Positions 1-15,066 of a DNA stretch of 64,000 nt are shown here, in pieces (within the stretch, counting starts at the first letter, position 1; each line of letters opens with the position of its first letter). The notes under the pieces are model-generated. The model made no database searches, had not been told where the DNA came from, and saw only the letters and a program-made list of their open reading frames with translations. Origin of the DNA: the human T2T-CHM13v2.0 reference genome, Homo sapiens; assembly GCF_009914755.1 (NCBI RefSeq), contig NC_060925.1. The stretch is one strand, 5' to 3'. The position numbers and the translations under genes were made by a program.

Positions 1-1110
1 GATTTTGAAATGCACAGTACACTATTATTAAATATATTCACCATGCTGTGCAATGCATCTCAAAAAAAAAAACCAACAACAACACACAAATCTTACTCCT
101 CCCATCTGAGGCTTTGCACCCTTTGACCATCATTCCATTTCCCCCACCCATAGCCTTTAGTAAACACCATTCTACTCTCTTCTTTTATGAATTCCACTGT
201 TTGAGATACTACATGTAATTGAGAACATGTGATATTTGTCTTTCTGTGCCTTGCTGTGCCTAGCTTATTTTATTTAGCATGTCTTCCAGTTGCATCCATA
301 TTGACACAAATGACAGAATGAATTTCTTTTTTAAAGCTGAATAGTATTTTATTGTGTACATATACTACATTTTATTTGTCCATTCATCTGTTGATAGACA
401 CATAGTGTCCACAATTGTCCATAAGTGAATAGTGCTAAAAGGAACATGGAAGTGCAGACATCTCTGACATACTTATTTCAGATCTTTTGGGTAAATACCC
501 AGAAGTGAGATTGTTGGATCATGTGGTAATTCTATTTTTAGTTTTTTGAGGAACCTCCATACAGTTTTCCAAAAGGGCAGTATGAAATTATATTCCAAAC
601 AACAGTGTTCAACTGTCCTTCTTTCTCCAAATCCTTGCCACATGTACTTTCATCATTTTGATAATAACTATTCTGACAGGTGTGAGGTGATGACTCACTG
701 TGATTTTAACTTGAATTTCCCTAGTGATTAGTGATATTGAGCATTTTTTTCATATATCTGTTGGCCATTTGTATGTCTCCTTTTGAGACATATCTACTTT
801 TTATTGGATTGTTTGTTTTCTTTCTGTAAAGGTATTTGAGTTGCTTATAAATTATCCCCTTATCAGATGTATAGCTTGCAAAATATTTTCTCCAAATTCA
901 TAGGTTGTCCCTTCAGTCTGTGAATTGTTTCCTTTGGTTTGCAGAAGATTTTTAGTTTGATGTAATCCTATTCATCTCATTTTGCTTTTGTTGCTTGTGT
1001 TTTCAGGGTCATATCCAAGAAATCATTTTTTAGGCCAACATCATGGAGCTTTGCCCCTGTCTTCTTCTAGAAGTTTTACAGTTTTCAGTCTTCATTTTTA
1101 AATTTTTAAT
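1..1110 (-). mobile_element. Old L1 (L1MA/MB-type) 3' UTR and ORF2 end, fragment
   Basis: Antisense L1 3' motifs (tccattcatctgttgatagacac, tttttgaggaacctccatac, tttgcagaagatttttagtttgatg); highly diverged. Confidence 0.75.
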
Positions 1111-1595
1111 TTATTTTTATTATGTATTTTTATTTCGATAGTTTTGGGGGTACAAGTGGTTATTGGTTACATGGATAAGTTCTTTAGTGGTGATTTCTGA
1201 AATTTTGGTGCACCTGTCAACTGAGCTGTATACACTGTACCCAATATGTAGTCTTTTATCTCACACCCCCCTCCCACCCTTCCCACCTGAGTCCCAAAGT
1301 TTATTATATTGTTCTTACGCCTTTGCATCCTTATAGCTTAGCTCCCACTTATAAGTGAGAACATATGATATTTGGTTTTCCATTCCTGGGTTACTTCACT
1401 TAGAATAATGGCCTCCAGTTCCATCCAAGTTTCTGCAAAAGACATTATTTTGCTGCTTTTTATGGTTGAGTATTATTCCATGGTGTGTGTATACCACATT
1501 TAATTTACCCACTCATTGGTTGATGGGCACTTAGATTGTTTCCATATTTCTGCAATTGTAAAATGTGCTGCTATAAACGTGTGTACATGTGTCTT
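1111..1595 (-). mobile_element. L1PA16/L1PB-type 3' end fragment
   Basis: T-rich tail then gttttgggggtacaagtggttattggttacatggataagttctttagtggtgatttctga, a recognisable older primate L1 3' UTR. Confidence 0.7.
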
Positions 1596-4500
1596 TTTTT
1601 ACTTTTAAGTTCAGGGGAACATGTGCAGAATGTGCAGGTTTGTTACATAGGTAAACATGTGTCAAAGGAGTTTGTTATATGGATTATTTCATCAGCCAGG
1701 TATTAATCCATTAGTTATTTTTCCTCTCTCCCTCATCCCACTCTCCACCCTCCAGTAGGCCCCAGTGTGTGTTGTTCCCCTCTATGTGTCCATGTGCTCT
1801 CATCATTTAGCTCCTGCTTATAAGTGAGAACATGTGGTATTTGGTTTTCTATTCCTGCATTAATTTGCTAAGGACAATGGCCTCCAGCTTCATCCATGTC
1901 CCTGCACAGAACATGATCTCATTCTTTTTATGGCTGCATAATATTCCATAGTGTATACATACCATATTTTCTTTATCTAGTCTATCATTGATGGGCATTT
2001 AGGTTGATTCCATGTCTTTACTATTGTGAGCAGTGCTGCAATGGATATATGTATGCATGTGTCTTTATAATAGAATGATTTATATTCCTTTGCGCATATA
2101 CCCAGTAATGGCATTGCTGGGTCAAATGGTAGTTTCATCTTTAGGTCTTTGAGGAATCGCCACGCTGTCTTCTACAATGGCTGAACTAATTTACACTCTC
2201 ATCAACAGTGTATAAGTGTTCCTTTTTCTCCACAACCTCACCAGCATCGGTTATTTTTTGACTCTTTAGTAATAGCCATCCTGACTGGTGTTAGATGGTA
2301 GCTCATTGTGGTTTTGATTTGCATTTCTCTAATGATCAGTGATGTTGAGCTTTTTTTTCATGTGATTGTCGGCTGCATGTAGTGACTGTTGATGTCCTTT
2401 ACCCACTTTTTTATTGAGTTGTTTGATTTTTCTTGTAAATTTGTTTACATTCCTTATAGATGCTGGATATTAGATCTCTGTTAGATGACTAGTTTGCAAA
2501 AATTTTCTCCCATTCTCTGGGCTGTTTACTCTGTTGATAGTCTCTTTTGCTGTGCAGAAGCTCTTTAGTTTAATTAGATTCCATTTGTCAATTTTTGCTT
2601 TTATTGCAATTGCTTTTGGCATCTTCATCATGAAATCTTTGCCCATGCCTATGTCCTGAATGGTATTGCCTAGGTCATCTTCCAGGGCTTTTATAGTTTG
2701 GGGTTTTACATTTAAGTCTTTAATTCATCTTGAGAAAATTTTTGTATATGGTATAAGGAAGGGGTTCAATTTCAATCTTCAGCATATGGCTAGCCAGTTA
2801 TCCCAGCATCATTTATTGAATAGGGATTCCTTTCCCCATTGCTTGTCTTTGTCAGGTTTGTTGAAGATCTGATAGTTGTAGGTGTGTGGTCCTATTTCTG
2901 GGCTTTCTGTTCTGTTCCCTTGGTCTATGTGCCTTTTCTTGTACCAGTACCTTGCTGTTTTGGTTAGTGTAGCCCTGTAGTGTAGTATGAAGATGGGTAG
3001 TGTGATGCCTCCAGCTTTGTTCTCTTTGAGTTGGATTGTCTTGGCTATTTGGGTTCTTTTTCTGGTTTCACTTGAATCTTTAAATAGTTTTCTCTAGTTC
3101 TGTGAAGAATGTCAATGGTAGTTTAATGGAAATAGCATTGAATCTAAAATTGCTTTGGGCAGTATAGCCATTTTCACAATACTGATTCTTCCTATCCATG
3201 AGCATGGAATGTTTCTCCATTTGTTTGTATCCTCTCTGATTTCCCTGAGCAGTGGTTTGTAGTTCTCCTTGTAGAGATCTTTTACCTCCCTAGTTAACTG
3301 TATTCCTAGGTATTTTATTCCTTTTGTGGCAATTGTGAATGGTAGTTCATTTATGATTTGGCTATCAGCTTGATTGTTGTTGGTGTATAGGAATGCTAGT
3401 TATTTTTGCACGTTGATTTTCTATTCTGAGACTTTGCTGAAATTATCAGCTTAAGAAGCTTTTGGGCCAAGACAGTGGAGTTTTCTAAATATAGGATCAT
3501 GCCATCTGCAAACAGGGATACTTTGACTTCATATGTGGATGCCCTTTATTTTTTTCTCTTGCTCAGTTGCCCTGGTCAGAACTTGCAATACTGTGTTGAA
3601 TAGGAGTGGTGAAAGAGTACATCCTTTTCTTCTGCCAGTTTTTAAGGGGAATGCTTCCTGCTTTTGCCCATTCAGTATAATGTTGGCTGCGGGTTTGTCA
3701 GAGATGGCTCTTATTATTTTGAGATATGTTCCTTCAATACCTAATTTATTGAGAGTTTTTAACATGAAGGATGTTGAATCGCATTAAAGGCATTTTCTGC
3801 ATCTCTTAGATAATCCTGTGGTTTTTGTCTTTAGTTCTGTTTATGTGATGAGTCACATGTATTGATTTGTGTATATTGAACCAACTTTGCATCTTGGGGA
3901 TGAAGCCTACTTGATCATGGTGGATAAGCCTTTTCAGCCCAGTGCTGCTGGATTCAGTTTCCTGGTATTTTGTTGAGGACTTTTGCACTGGTGTTCATCA
4001 AGGATACTGGCCTGAAGTTTCCTTTTTTGGTTGTATCTCTGCCAGGTTTTGGTATCAGGATGATGCTGGCCTCATAGAATGACTTAGGGAGGAGTCCTTC
4101 ATTTTTAAGTTTTTGGATTAGTTTCAGCAGGAATGGTACCAGCCCTTCTTTGTTCATCTGGTAGAATTCAACTGTGAATCCATCTGGTCCTGGGGTTTTT
4201 TTGGATGATAGACTTAATTACTGCCTCAATTTTAGAACTCATTTTTGGTCTGTTCAGGGATTCAATTTCTTCCTGGTTTAATCTTGGGAGGGTGTGTGTA
4301 TCCAGGAATGTATCCATTTCTTCTAGATTTTCTAGCTTATGTCTGTAGAGGTATTCATAATGTTTTCTGATAGTTGTTTGTATTTCTGTGGGGTCAGTGA
4401 TAGTATCTCACTTGTTATTTCTGATTGCATTTATTTGAATACTCTCCCTTTTCTACTTTATTCGTCTAGCTAGCAGTGTCTCTTTTATTAATTTTTTTCA

Positions 4501-5954
4501 AAAAACCCAGCTCCTGGATTCATTGGTCTTTTGAATGGTTTTTCATGTCTCTTTCTCCTTCAGTTCACTCTGATTTTGGTTATTTCTTGTCTCCTGCTAA
4601 CTTTGGGATTTGTTTACTCTTAGTTCTCTAGGTCTTTTAGTTGTGATGTTAGGTTGTTAACTTGAGATCTTTCTAGCTTTTTGATGTGGGCATTTAGTGC
4701 TATAAATTTTCCTCTTAATACTGCCTTAGCTATGTCTCAGAGATTCTGGTACATTGTATATTTGTCCTCATTAATTTCAAAAAACTTCTTGATTTCTGCC
4801 TTAATTTCATTATTTACCCAAAAGTCATTCAGGAGCAGCTTATTCCATTTCAGTGTCATTGTATGGATTTGAGTGAATTTCTTGGTTTTGATTGTGGATT
4901 TCATTTTGCTGTGTTGTGAAAGACAGTTTGTTATGATTTCAGGTCTTTTGCATTTGCTGAGGAGTGTTTTACTCCTGATTATGTGATCTATTTTAGAGTA
5001 AGTGCCATGCGGTGATGAAAAGAAGTATATTCTATTGTTTTTGTGTGGAGAGTTCTGTGGGTATGTCTCAGGTCCATTTGATCCAGTGCTGGGCTCGGGT
5101 TGTGAATATCTTTGTTAACTTTCTGTCTATTAGACATATTGTCAGTGGGGTGTTAAAGTTTCCCACTATTATTGTGGCAAGGTCTCTAGAAACTTTCTTT
5201 ATAAATCTAGGTGCTCCAGTCTTGGGTGCACATATATTTAGGATAGTTAGGTTTTCTTGTTGAATTGAACCCTTTAACATTATGTAATGTCCTTCTTTGT
5301 CTTTTTTATCTTTGTTGGTTTAAAGTCTGTTTTGTCAGAAGCTAGGATTGCAACCCCTGCTATTTTCTGTTTTCCATTTGCTTCGTAGATTTTCTTTCAT
5401 CCTTTTATTTTTAGCCTATGTGTGTCATTGCATGTGAGATGGGTCTCTTGAAGACAGCATACCAATGGGTCTTGACTCTTTATCCCAGCTTACCACTCTG
5501 TGTTTTTTAATTGGGACACTTAGTCCATTTACATTTAAGGTTAGTATTGGTATGTGTGGATTTGAACCTATCATCATGATGTTAGCTGGTTATTTTGCAG
5601 ACTTGTTAATGTGGTTGCCATATAGTGTCACTGGTCTGTGTACTTCAGTGTGTTTTTACAGTAGTTGGTAATGGTCTTTCATTTTTATATTAATGCTTCC
5701 TTTAGGAGCTCCTATAAGGCAGGTCTGGTGGTAACAAATTCTCTGAGCATTTGCTTGTCTGAAAAGGGTCTTATTTCTCCTTCACCTATGAAGCTTAGTT
5801 TGGCCAGATATGAAATTCTGGGTTGGAACTTTTTTTCTTCAAGTATGTTGAATATTGGCCTCCAATCTCTTTTGATTTGTAGGATTTCCACTGAGAGCTC
5901 CACTGTTAATCTGATGTGTTTCCCTTTGTGGGTGACCTGGCCTTTCTAGCTGCC

Positions 5955-6319
5955 TGTATGAGTTCATTCTCACACTGCTAATAAAGACATACCTAAGATT
6001 GGGTAATTTATAAAGGAAAGAGATTTAATTCACTCACAGTTCAGCATGACTGTGAAGGCCTCAGGAAACTTACAATCATGGTAGAAGGGGAAGCAAGCAT
6101 GTTTGTCTTCACATGGTGACAGGAAGGAGAAGTGCCAAACAAAAGGCAGGAAAGCCCCTTTTGAAACCATCAAATCTCGTGAGAACTTACTCACTACCAC
6201 AAGAACAGCAGCATAGGGGTAACTGCCCCCATGATTCAATCACTTCCCACGACATGTGGGGATTATGGGAACTACAATTCAAGGTGAGATTTGGGTGGGG
6301 ACACAGCCAAACCATATCA
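5955..6319 (-). mobile_element. THE1 (THE1C-like) MaLR solo LTR
   Basis: tgt...accatatca termini, 365 bp, 5-bp TSD ctgcc/ccgcc; L1 ORF1 resumes on both sides. Confidence 0.9.
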
Positions 6320-7925
6320 CCGCCTTTAACATTTTTTCTTTCATTTTGACCTTGAAGAATCTGATGATGTGTCTTGGGGATGATCTTCTCGTGGATCTTA
6401 CTAGGGTTCTCTGAATTTCCTGAATTTTAATGTTGGCTTCTCTAGCTAGGTTGGGGAAGTTCTCATGGATGATATTCTGAGATATGTTTTTCAAGTTGGC
6501 TCCATTCTCTCCATCTCTTTCAGGTACACCAATCAGTCATAGATTCAGTCTCTTTACATAATCCCATATTTCTCAGATATTTTGTTCTTTTCTTTAATTC
6601 TCTTTATTCTTGTCTGCTTGTTTTATTTCAGAAAGGCAGTCTTCAAGCTCTGAGATTTTTTTCTCTGCTTGGTTTATTCTGCTATTAATACTTGTGATTG
6701 CATTATGAAATTCTTCTAGTGTGTCTTTCAACTCTATCAGGTCGTTACATTCTTCTCTTTACTGGCTATTTTGTCTGTCAGCTCCTGCAATGTTTTATGA
6801 TGATTTTTAGCTTCCTTTCATTGGGTTACAATGTACTTCTTTAGCTCAGTGATCTTTGTTCCTGTCCATATTCTGAATTCTACTTCAGCCATCTCAGCCT
6901 CAGTCTGGTTCCAGAGTCTTGCTGGAGAGGTATTGCAGTCATTTGGAAGAAAGAGCGCATTCTGGCTTTTTGAGTTTTTAGCATTCTAGAACCATCATTT
7001 AACTGATGCTTTCTCATCTTTGTGTGCTTATCTACATTCAGTTTTTGAGGTTGCTGACCTTTGGATGGTTTTTATTTTTCCTTAACAGTCTGGCCACTTT
7101 TCTGTAGGTCTGCTTGTGGTATGCTGGGGGTCCACTGCAGTTTCTAGTTGCCTTGGATTTTCCAGTATTTGGAGTTATCGTCAGTGAAGTCTGTGAAGCA
7201 GCTAAGATGCCAGCCTGCCCCTTCTCCTGGGAGTGCCATCCCAGGGAGGTAAGGACCAGCTGCCAGCCTGAATGCACCTGCAGGACATGGCTGGAGACCC
7301 TAATTTGGTGGTCTCATCCAGTCATGAGGAATGGGATTGGGAACCCACTTAACAAAGTAGTCTGGCCATGTTTTCATAGAGTAGCCATCCTGTGCTGGGG
7401 AGTCCACTTCAGCCCCTTGTTGCCTCAGACATGGCAAGGATATGTTGCCAAAACCTCTGTCAGCCAGAGAACACCAGTGGTGGTAGCCAGAGACCCCAGT
7501 TGGGAGGCCCCACAGGATGAATAGGAATGGGGTTGGGGACACGCTTAAAAAAGCAGTCTGACCATGTTTTTGTGGGGGTGTTGTGCTGTGCTGGGGTACC
7601 ACTTTTACCCCCAGTCAGCTGGGGCTCTCTAAAGCCCGAAGGCTGGTACTGCTAAGTTGCCCAAGCAGCAAAGATGGCAGCCTGCCCCTCCCTCTGGGAG
7701 TACCATCTCAGGGAGTTTTCAAATCTGTGTAGGCCAGAGAACACTGATGGGGGTGGCTGGAGGCCCTGGTTGGGAGGTTCCATCCAACGACAAGGAACAG
7801 GATTGGGAACCCACTTAAAGAAGCAGTCTGGCCATGGTTTTGTAGAGCGGATGTATTGTGCTGGGGTGCCACCTCTGCCCCTGGTCAGCTTGGGCTATCC
7901 AGAGCCCAGAGGATGGAATGACTAA

Positions 7926-8649
<724 letters not shown>

Positions 8650-9799
8650 TGTCTTGGGAAGTTTTTAAACCTCTGTCCGCTGGAGAACACTGGTGGGATT
8701 GGCTGGAGAACCTGGTTTGGAGAGTCCACCCAGTGAGGAGGAACAGATACGGGACCTACTTAATGAAGCAGTCTGGTCATGCTTTTGTAGAGAAGCTGTG
8801 CTGTGCTGTGCTTCTGCCTCTGCCCCCGATTGGCTTGGGCTCTCCAAAGCCAGTAGGCTGGAATGGCTAAGGGGCCCAAACAGCAAAGATGGTGGCCCAC
8901 CCTTCCCTTTGGGAGCTCTCTCCCAGGGAGTTTTCTAATCTCTATCACATGGAGAACACCAGCGGGGTGGCTGGAGGCCCCAGTTTGGAGGTCTTGCCAA
9001 ATGAGGAGGAACAGATAAGGGACCTGCTTAAGCAGTCTGGCCACCCTTTGGTAGGGTAGCTGTGCTGTGCTGGGGAACCCCTTCCACCTCCAGTCAGTTT
9101 GGAATCTCCAAAGCCGCAGGCTATAGTAGCTAAGTTGCCCAAACAGCAAACATAGTGGCCTGCCCCTCCTTCCAAGAGCTTCATCTCAGGTGCAACACTG
9201 CTACCTGTGGCTGGCTGGAATTCCAAGCCACTGGATGTTATCCTGTGAGGCATCGTGAAAGTAGCACCCCCAGACTATCACTGCTTGGTGCCCTGGATTC
9301 AGCTTCTTTCCTAGGGGTATATATGGGGGTCTAACCTCCCACTTTGCCAGCATTGCAGTTACTTTTGCTGGAAAGCCTGGAGCTGGACTATCTAAAGCTC
9401 CTGGGTTTCTGTGCATACCTGAGTGACTACTCTGCCAAGACTCCATGTAGCTCTGTGTGTCAGACTGAAGGCCCTGGTGAAGTGGGTTCACAAGGGGTTC
9501 TCCTGCCCCAAGGGTTGCAAAGATCCATGGGAGAAGTGTGGTTTCCTGTGGTCACACATTCACTCACCACTTCCCTGGGTGGGGGAGGTTCACTTGGCTC
9601 TGTGTCACTCCTGGGTGGACCATTGTCCTTCCTTGCTTTTCTCTGTTCTCCGTGGGTCGAGTTGTTTCCTTTATTAGTCCCAATGCAAGTACCTGGATGT
9701 TTCAATTGAAGGTACTGTATTTACTCACCCTTTTCATACCTCTCTGTGAGAGCAATGCATTCTAGCTGCTTCTAGTCAGCCATCTTGGCCACTCCCTCC

Positions 9800-10927
9800 A
9801 AATTCTTAAAAATTATTTAAATCTCTTTGTTAAATTTCTAAATTTAGTCATTTATTATTTTCTATATGTTGTTGAGTTGTTCCTGTGTAATCTTATGAAG
9901 TTTGCTAAGCTTCCTTAAAATAATTATTTTTAACCTGGGTGTGGTGGTGTTTACCTGTAGTCCCAGCTACTCAGGAAATTAAGGTGTTGTTATTGAGTCC
10001 AGGAGTTCAGAGGCAACATAGTGGGACCCTACCTCTAAAAAAAAAGTTATTGTGAATTATTTCTCAGTCAGTTCATACAACTCTATTTCTTTAGGGTCAG
10101 GGATGGGTGCTTTATTTTGTTCCTTTGGTGATGTCATGTTTTCCTAATGATTTTTTATCCTTGTGGCCATGCTTTGGTGTCTGTGCATTTGAAGAAGTAG
10201 GTAATTATTAATTACATACTTTGCAGACTGGCTTTGTCTGGGAAAGCCCTTTACTAGTCAGCCTATCCAGATATTCTGGTGAGACCATCTGGAATAGTTC
10301 ATGGGCCAGCTTGCTGCTACAGCACTTAGGCTGGCTGGTCTGCAGCCTGGGTCAACAGATGGGAAGGCCTAGGGCCTGGATCCACTTGGGTGAACCTGTT
10401 GACTGGGTCTGCTGGCATCTGCCTTGAGCTTGTATCCCTGGGGGCCAGCCTAATGCTTGTGACTACCAAGGGTAGTGTGGTGCTAGGTGGGCTTAAAGCC
10501 TGGGGTCACTGGGCTTAGTCTTCCACGGAGGGCTGTCTGGAACCCAAGGCCACTGAAGGTGGCATGGTAGTGGGGAGAACCAGAGACTGAGTCCAACATG
10601 TAGGCCTCAAAACATGGGACTGTGGGGTATAGTCTGGTGCCAGGGTGGGTCTGGAGGCTCAATCTGTGAGGACCAGCTTGGAGTTGGGTTATAGGTCCCT
10701 GCCTGGTGCTGAATTTTACTGTGATGGGCCTGGTATTGGAATAAAATTGTCCTTCCTTCTGTCTTCAGTGTGCCTTTTCTTATTTCTATGCTACATGCAG
10801 ATATTGTCATCTCTCACTTGATTTCCTTAGCACTTGTGAAGGTACTTTTGTACATGGATAATTGTTATAGTTGATGTTTCTACAGGGATATGATTGCTGG
10901 AGAGTACGATTCCACCGTCTTGCTCCC
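9800..10927 (-). mobile_element. Old L1M 5' region (ORF1 start/5' UTR), containing an Alu monomer at about 9932-10045 (+)
   Basis: L1M-like T-rich ORF1 antisense; ends in caccgtcttgctcc, resembling the reverse complement of GGAGCAAGATGG; short Alu-monomer-like insert with an A tail. Confidence 0.6.
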
Positions 10928-11173
10928 TGTTATTATCTGCAAAGCACTTAAACAGTTCTTGACCCACATAGTGACACTATGAACCAAATTTCTATAGTAA
11001 GAAAAATGATAAGTTTTGGTTCCAGAAGGTTGTTTCTGAGCTGTTTTTCAAAGAATCTGTTCTGAAAGTTCTGTTTATTCATCCTCTTTCTGGCTGCTCT
11101 TTGTCCTGGGTGTATTTATATTTCCTGAGGGTTTTGGTAGCTTCCCTTTGTAAGGTTAAATAAAATACCTTCT

Positions 11174-11460
11174 TTTTTTTTTATTATACTTTAAGTTCTA
11201 GGGTACATGTGCACAATGTGCAGGTTTGATACATAGGTATAAATGTTCCATGTTGGTTTGCTGCACCCATAAACTCATCATTTACATTAAGTATTTCTCC
11301 TAATGCTATCCCTCCCCCAGCCCCCAACACCCAACAGGCCCCGGTGTGTGATGTTCCCCGCCCTGTGTCCAAGCTGGAAACCATCATTCTCAGCAAACTG
11401 TCAAAAGGACAGAAAACCAAACACCACATGTTCTCACTCATAGGTGGGAATTGAACAATA
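11174..11460 (-). mobile_element. Short 5'-inverted L1PA (L1PA6-8-like) 3' end
   Basis: Poly-T plus antisense 3' UTR to about 11373, then a sense-oriented L1 segment to 11460; TSD aaaatac(c/t)ttct. Confidence 0.85.
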
Positions 11461-11949
11461 AGAAAATACTTTCTATTTTTAGTTTGATAAGAGTTTTTAT
11501 TATAAATGAATTTTATCAAATGCTTATTCATTACATCTATTGAGATAATCTTGCAGTTGTTTTCCTTTAATCTTTTTCTGTGGGGAGTTATATTAATTGA
11601 CTTTCTAAGGGTAATCTCACATCCAAATTGATAGATTTACCTTACCAGCATGTGCATACACAAGCTTACATATTATTTTTAAGATTTTTGTGTTTATGTT
11701 TATAAGTGAAAATAGTCTATAATTTTCTTTTACCATCCTTATCTGGTTTTGGTATCAATATGTTACTAGTGTCATAAATGAAGTTTGGGTATATTTTACC
11801 TTTTTATATTCTCTTGGTTTATATGAGATTGGAATTATTTGGTTGTTTGTGATATAAATGTGTATTTCAAAATTTTGGGGCATTTAATTAGTATTTGTAT
11901 TGGAGTCTAAATAGTTATGTTTACTCAGTCTACTGACACGATCATTCTT

Positions 11950-12750
11950 GGTGCACTTTCCATATGCCAGGTACATTGTAAGTCTATTACTAAATTATTT
12001 TATTTGATCTCCAAAGTACAGATGAGGACAATAAGTTTATCAGAATAAAGCTATTTGCTTAGGTTCACACAGTTAGTAAATACTGAGGCTGGGATCGAAA
12101 ATAAGTTTCTCTGATTTTAAGGCCTCTTAATATAAACTCTGTGGCAAAGAGACACACACATGCCCCATAATAAAATTTCTGATGGATTAACAATGGTAAT
12201 CTCTGGGTAATGGAATAATAGTTGACCATCTGATAAACTTTTCCATCTTATAAACTTTTTTGTATTGTGATTTTTGCATGAACATTTATTTTAATATCAA
12301 ATTAGACACACACATATGTGAAATTAATTCAAGGCTGTAAAGATTAAAAATTGAACTGACTTTCATACCAAAATTACATAAAATTATGCAGGCATACTCC
12401 TTAAGAACCCTTGAAACATGAAAAAATATGAAAAAATTTTAGTTCCAGCACAGAAATGCAATTACTTCAAGCATTTTATGGAGTAATTTATATACACTTT
12501 TGAAAAGTATGGTTATAAATATAATAGATATAAGTATGGTGGAAAATAATGGGACGTGGAATCAATTTGGGTTTGAATCACAGTTGTATAACTTGCTACA
12601 TTTCTGATCTTGGTACAATAAACCCTCTGAGACTCAGTTTCCTCCTGTGCAATTAGAAAAAATACCTAATTAGCAAATATACTATCTGAATAAAGTATGA
12701 TCATGTACGTAAAGAACCTATCACATACATGCCCAAAAAGTTGTAGCATT
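11950..12750. mobile_element. MIR fragments
   Basis: acagatgaggacaat...ggttcacacagttagtaa and ctctgagactcagtttcctcctgt cores. Confidence 0.55.
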
Positions 12751-12958
12751 TATTATGCACCGTTCACATTTCAGTCATAATTTGCCATTTGTATTACATT
12801 TCTTGAAAATTGTTATTCATAACTTACTTATTTTATGTCTTAATAGCATCTATTTTATATGTGGGATACATTCAAGTGTCTTTTGTTAACAGTAGAAGGA
12901 TTTGGTCATGTTAATGCCCCAGTACTTAAATAACACTTAGAATTATGTCTAGATTATG

Positions 12959-13139
12959 TGATATGGTTTGGCTCTGTGTCCCCAACCAAATCTCATGTCA
13001 AATTGTAATCCCCACATGTTAAGGGGGGTCACTGGTGAGAGGTGATTGAATCATGGGGGTGGACTTCCCCCTTGCTGTTCTCGTGATAGAGTTCTCAGGA
13101 GGTCTGGTTGTTTGAAAGTGTGTAGCACTCCCCCATTCT

Positions 13140-13176
<37 letters not shown>

Positions 13177-13177
13177 C

Positions 13178-13216
<39 letters not shown>

Positions 13217-13402
13217 CGCTTTTCTGCCTTGGTAAGATGTGCTTGCTTCCCTTTCACCTTCTGCCATGATTGTAGATTTCCTGAGGCCTCCCAGCCATGC
13301 TTCTTCTACAGCCTATGGAACTGAGTCAATTAAACCTCTTTTCTTCACAAATTACCCAGTCTCAAGTAGTTCTTTATAGCAGTGTGAGAACAGACTAATA
13401 CA
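12959..13402 (+). mobile_element. MSTA-like MaLR solo LTR with an internal (CT)n microsatellite (about 13143-13213)
   Basis: tgatatggtttggctctgtgtcccc...gaacagactaataca; TSD ttatg/tgatg. Confidence 0.85.
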
Positions 13403-13522
13403 TGATGTTTTAATTATTTTCTGAAATTAGACTTATATAAGTCAGAGAAATTAAAAAGAGTAATTAGTCTTCCAAAATGATGAAAAGTCATTACACAATT
13501 ATAATTGACATGTTGATTTCAG

Positions 13523-13864
13523 GTTGTGGAATCATCATTGCAGCAGCTGGAATGTGATCCCACTGAAATAGAAGAATTTGTGGAGCATTTTATTTTTTTG
13601 AATGCAATTTCCTCAAAAATATCTAAATTAGAAAAAGAGTTCTTAACAATGTCTCAGCTATATTCTGTTGCAAAGCATCACCAGATCCATATTTCAGAAG
13701 AGCAAATTGCCATATTCCAAGTTCTTCTTCTTAAGTTTAGTCAACTAAAATCATCTATGAAGTTAAGTAAAATAAATAAAGACACTGCTATAACTAAATT
13801 CAGAGATAACTTGGAAGCATGTATCAGTGGTCTACATGTTGATGTTGGCAATTTAAAAGCCAAG
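13523..13864 (+). CDS. DNAH14: Axonemal dynein heavy chain coding exon A (342 nt, phase 0/0; VVESSLQQ...GNLKAK)
   Basis: tttcag| acceptor, AAG|gtaagt donor, open frame. Confidence 0.85.
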
Positions 13865-13925
13865 GTAAGTTTTTAGGGTTTTTTTGGATTTTTTTTTTAT
13901 TAAAAACTTGATCTTAGTCTCGTAA

Positions 13926-14290
<365 letters not shown>

Positions 14291-14696
14291 AATACAAGTA
14301 TTCTTCAACTGGAATTCACAGACAGAATTTTGGTGATTTGTGAACCTGAAAGGGAAGTAAAATTACATTTCTATTTTCACTAATTTCTAACTGGAACTTA
14401 GCATTTTCTCAACTATGAATGAATGTAGGCAACAAACAGCAGCATGGCTGGTGACTTTTACCATAGGCTTCAAGAGACTGCCAAATGGGCTCATGGCATA
14501 AAAGGGACTAAAACCCCCTGAAATCTTTCTGGGCCAATCTTTATCTTTGTCTGGGCCAAATGGTAATGATAGTTCCAGTTTCACTCACTTATCAGGTAAA
14601 AGCCTAGATTATATACTAAAATGCTTTCACTGCCAGTAAAACAGTACGTTCTAGACATACTGATTTCTCTTAGAAAGTCCTACTCTTATTTTTTAG

Positions 14697-15066
14697 ATAA
14701 GAACTCCTCTTCTGTTATGTGATGGTACTCAAGTGTCAACAGCAATGGAAATGATCCAGACTCTCTCAGGGGAAGCTGCAAGTTTAACTAACAAAGCTAA
14801 AGCATATTCACATTATCAGGATTGTTTCAGTGATTCTCAATCTCATATGCATTCTGTTAATGTGGAAGAAATTACACAGATTGTGCTTTCAGAGATCTCT
14901 GACATTGAAGGTGACTTGACTTTGAGGAAAAAACTATGGGAAGCACAAGAGGAGTGGAGGCAAGCCTCTTGGGAATGGAGGAATAGTTCTCTTCAAAGTA
15001 TTGATGTAGAATCAGTACAGAGAAATGTTTCAAAACTGATGCACATAATCTCGGTACTAGAAAAAG
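14697..15066 (+). CDS. DNAH14: Dynein heavy chain exon B (370 nt, phase 0/1; IRTPLLLC...ISVLEK)
   Basis: tttttag| acceptor, AAG|gtaaaa donor; KLWEAQEEW typical of the start of DHC_N2. Confidence 0.88.

Noticed and set aside
13046-13324. SLSLSL / ERERER low-complexity ORFs
   Set aside because: Products of a (CT)n microsatellite inside an LTR
14310-14520. Possible ancient DNA-transposon fragment
   Set aside because: Could not assign termini or family by eye
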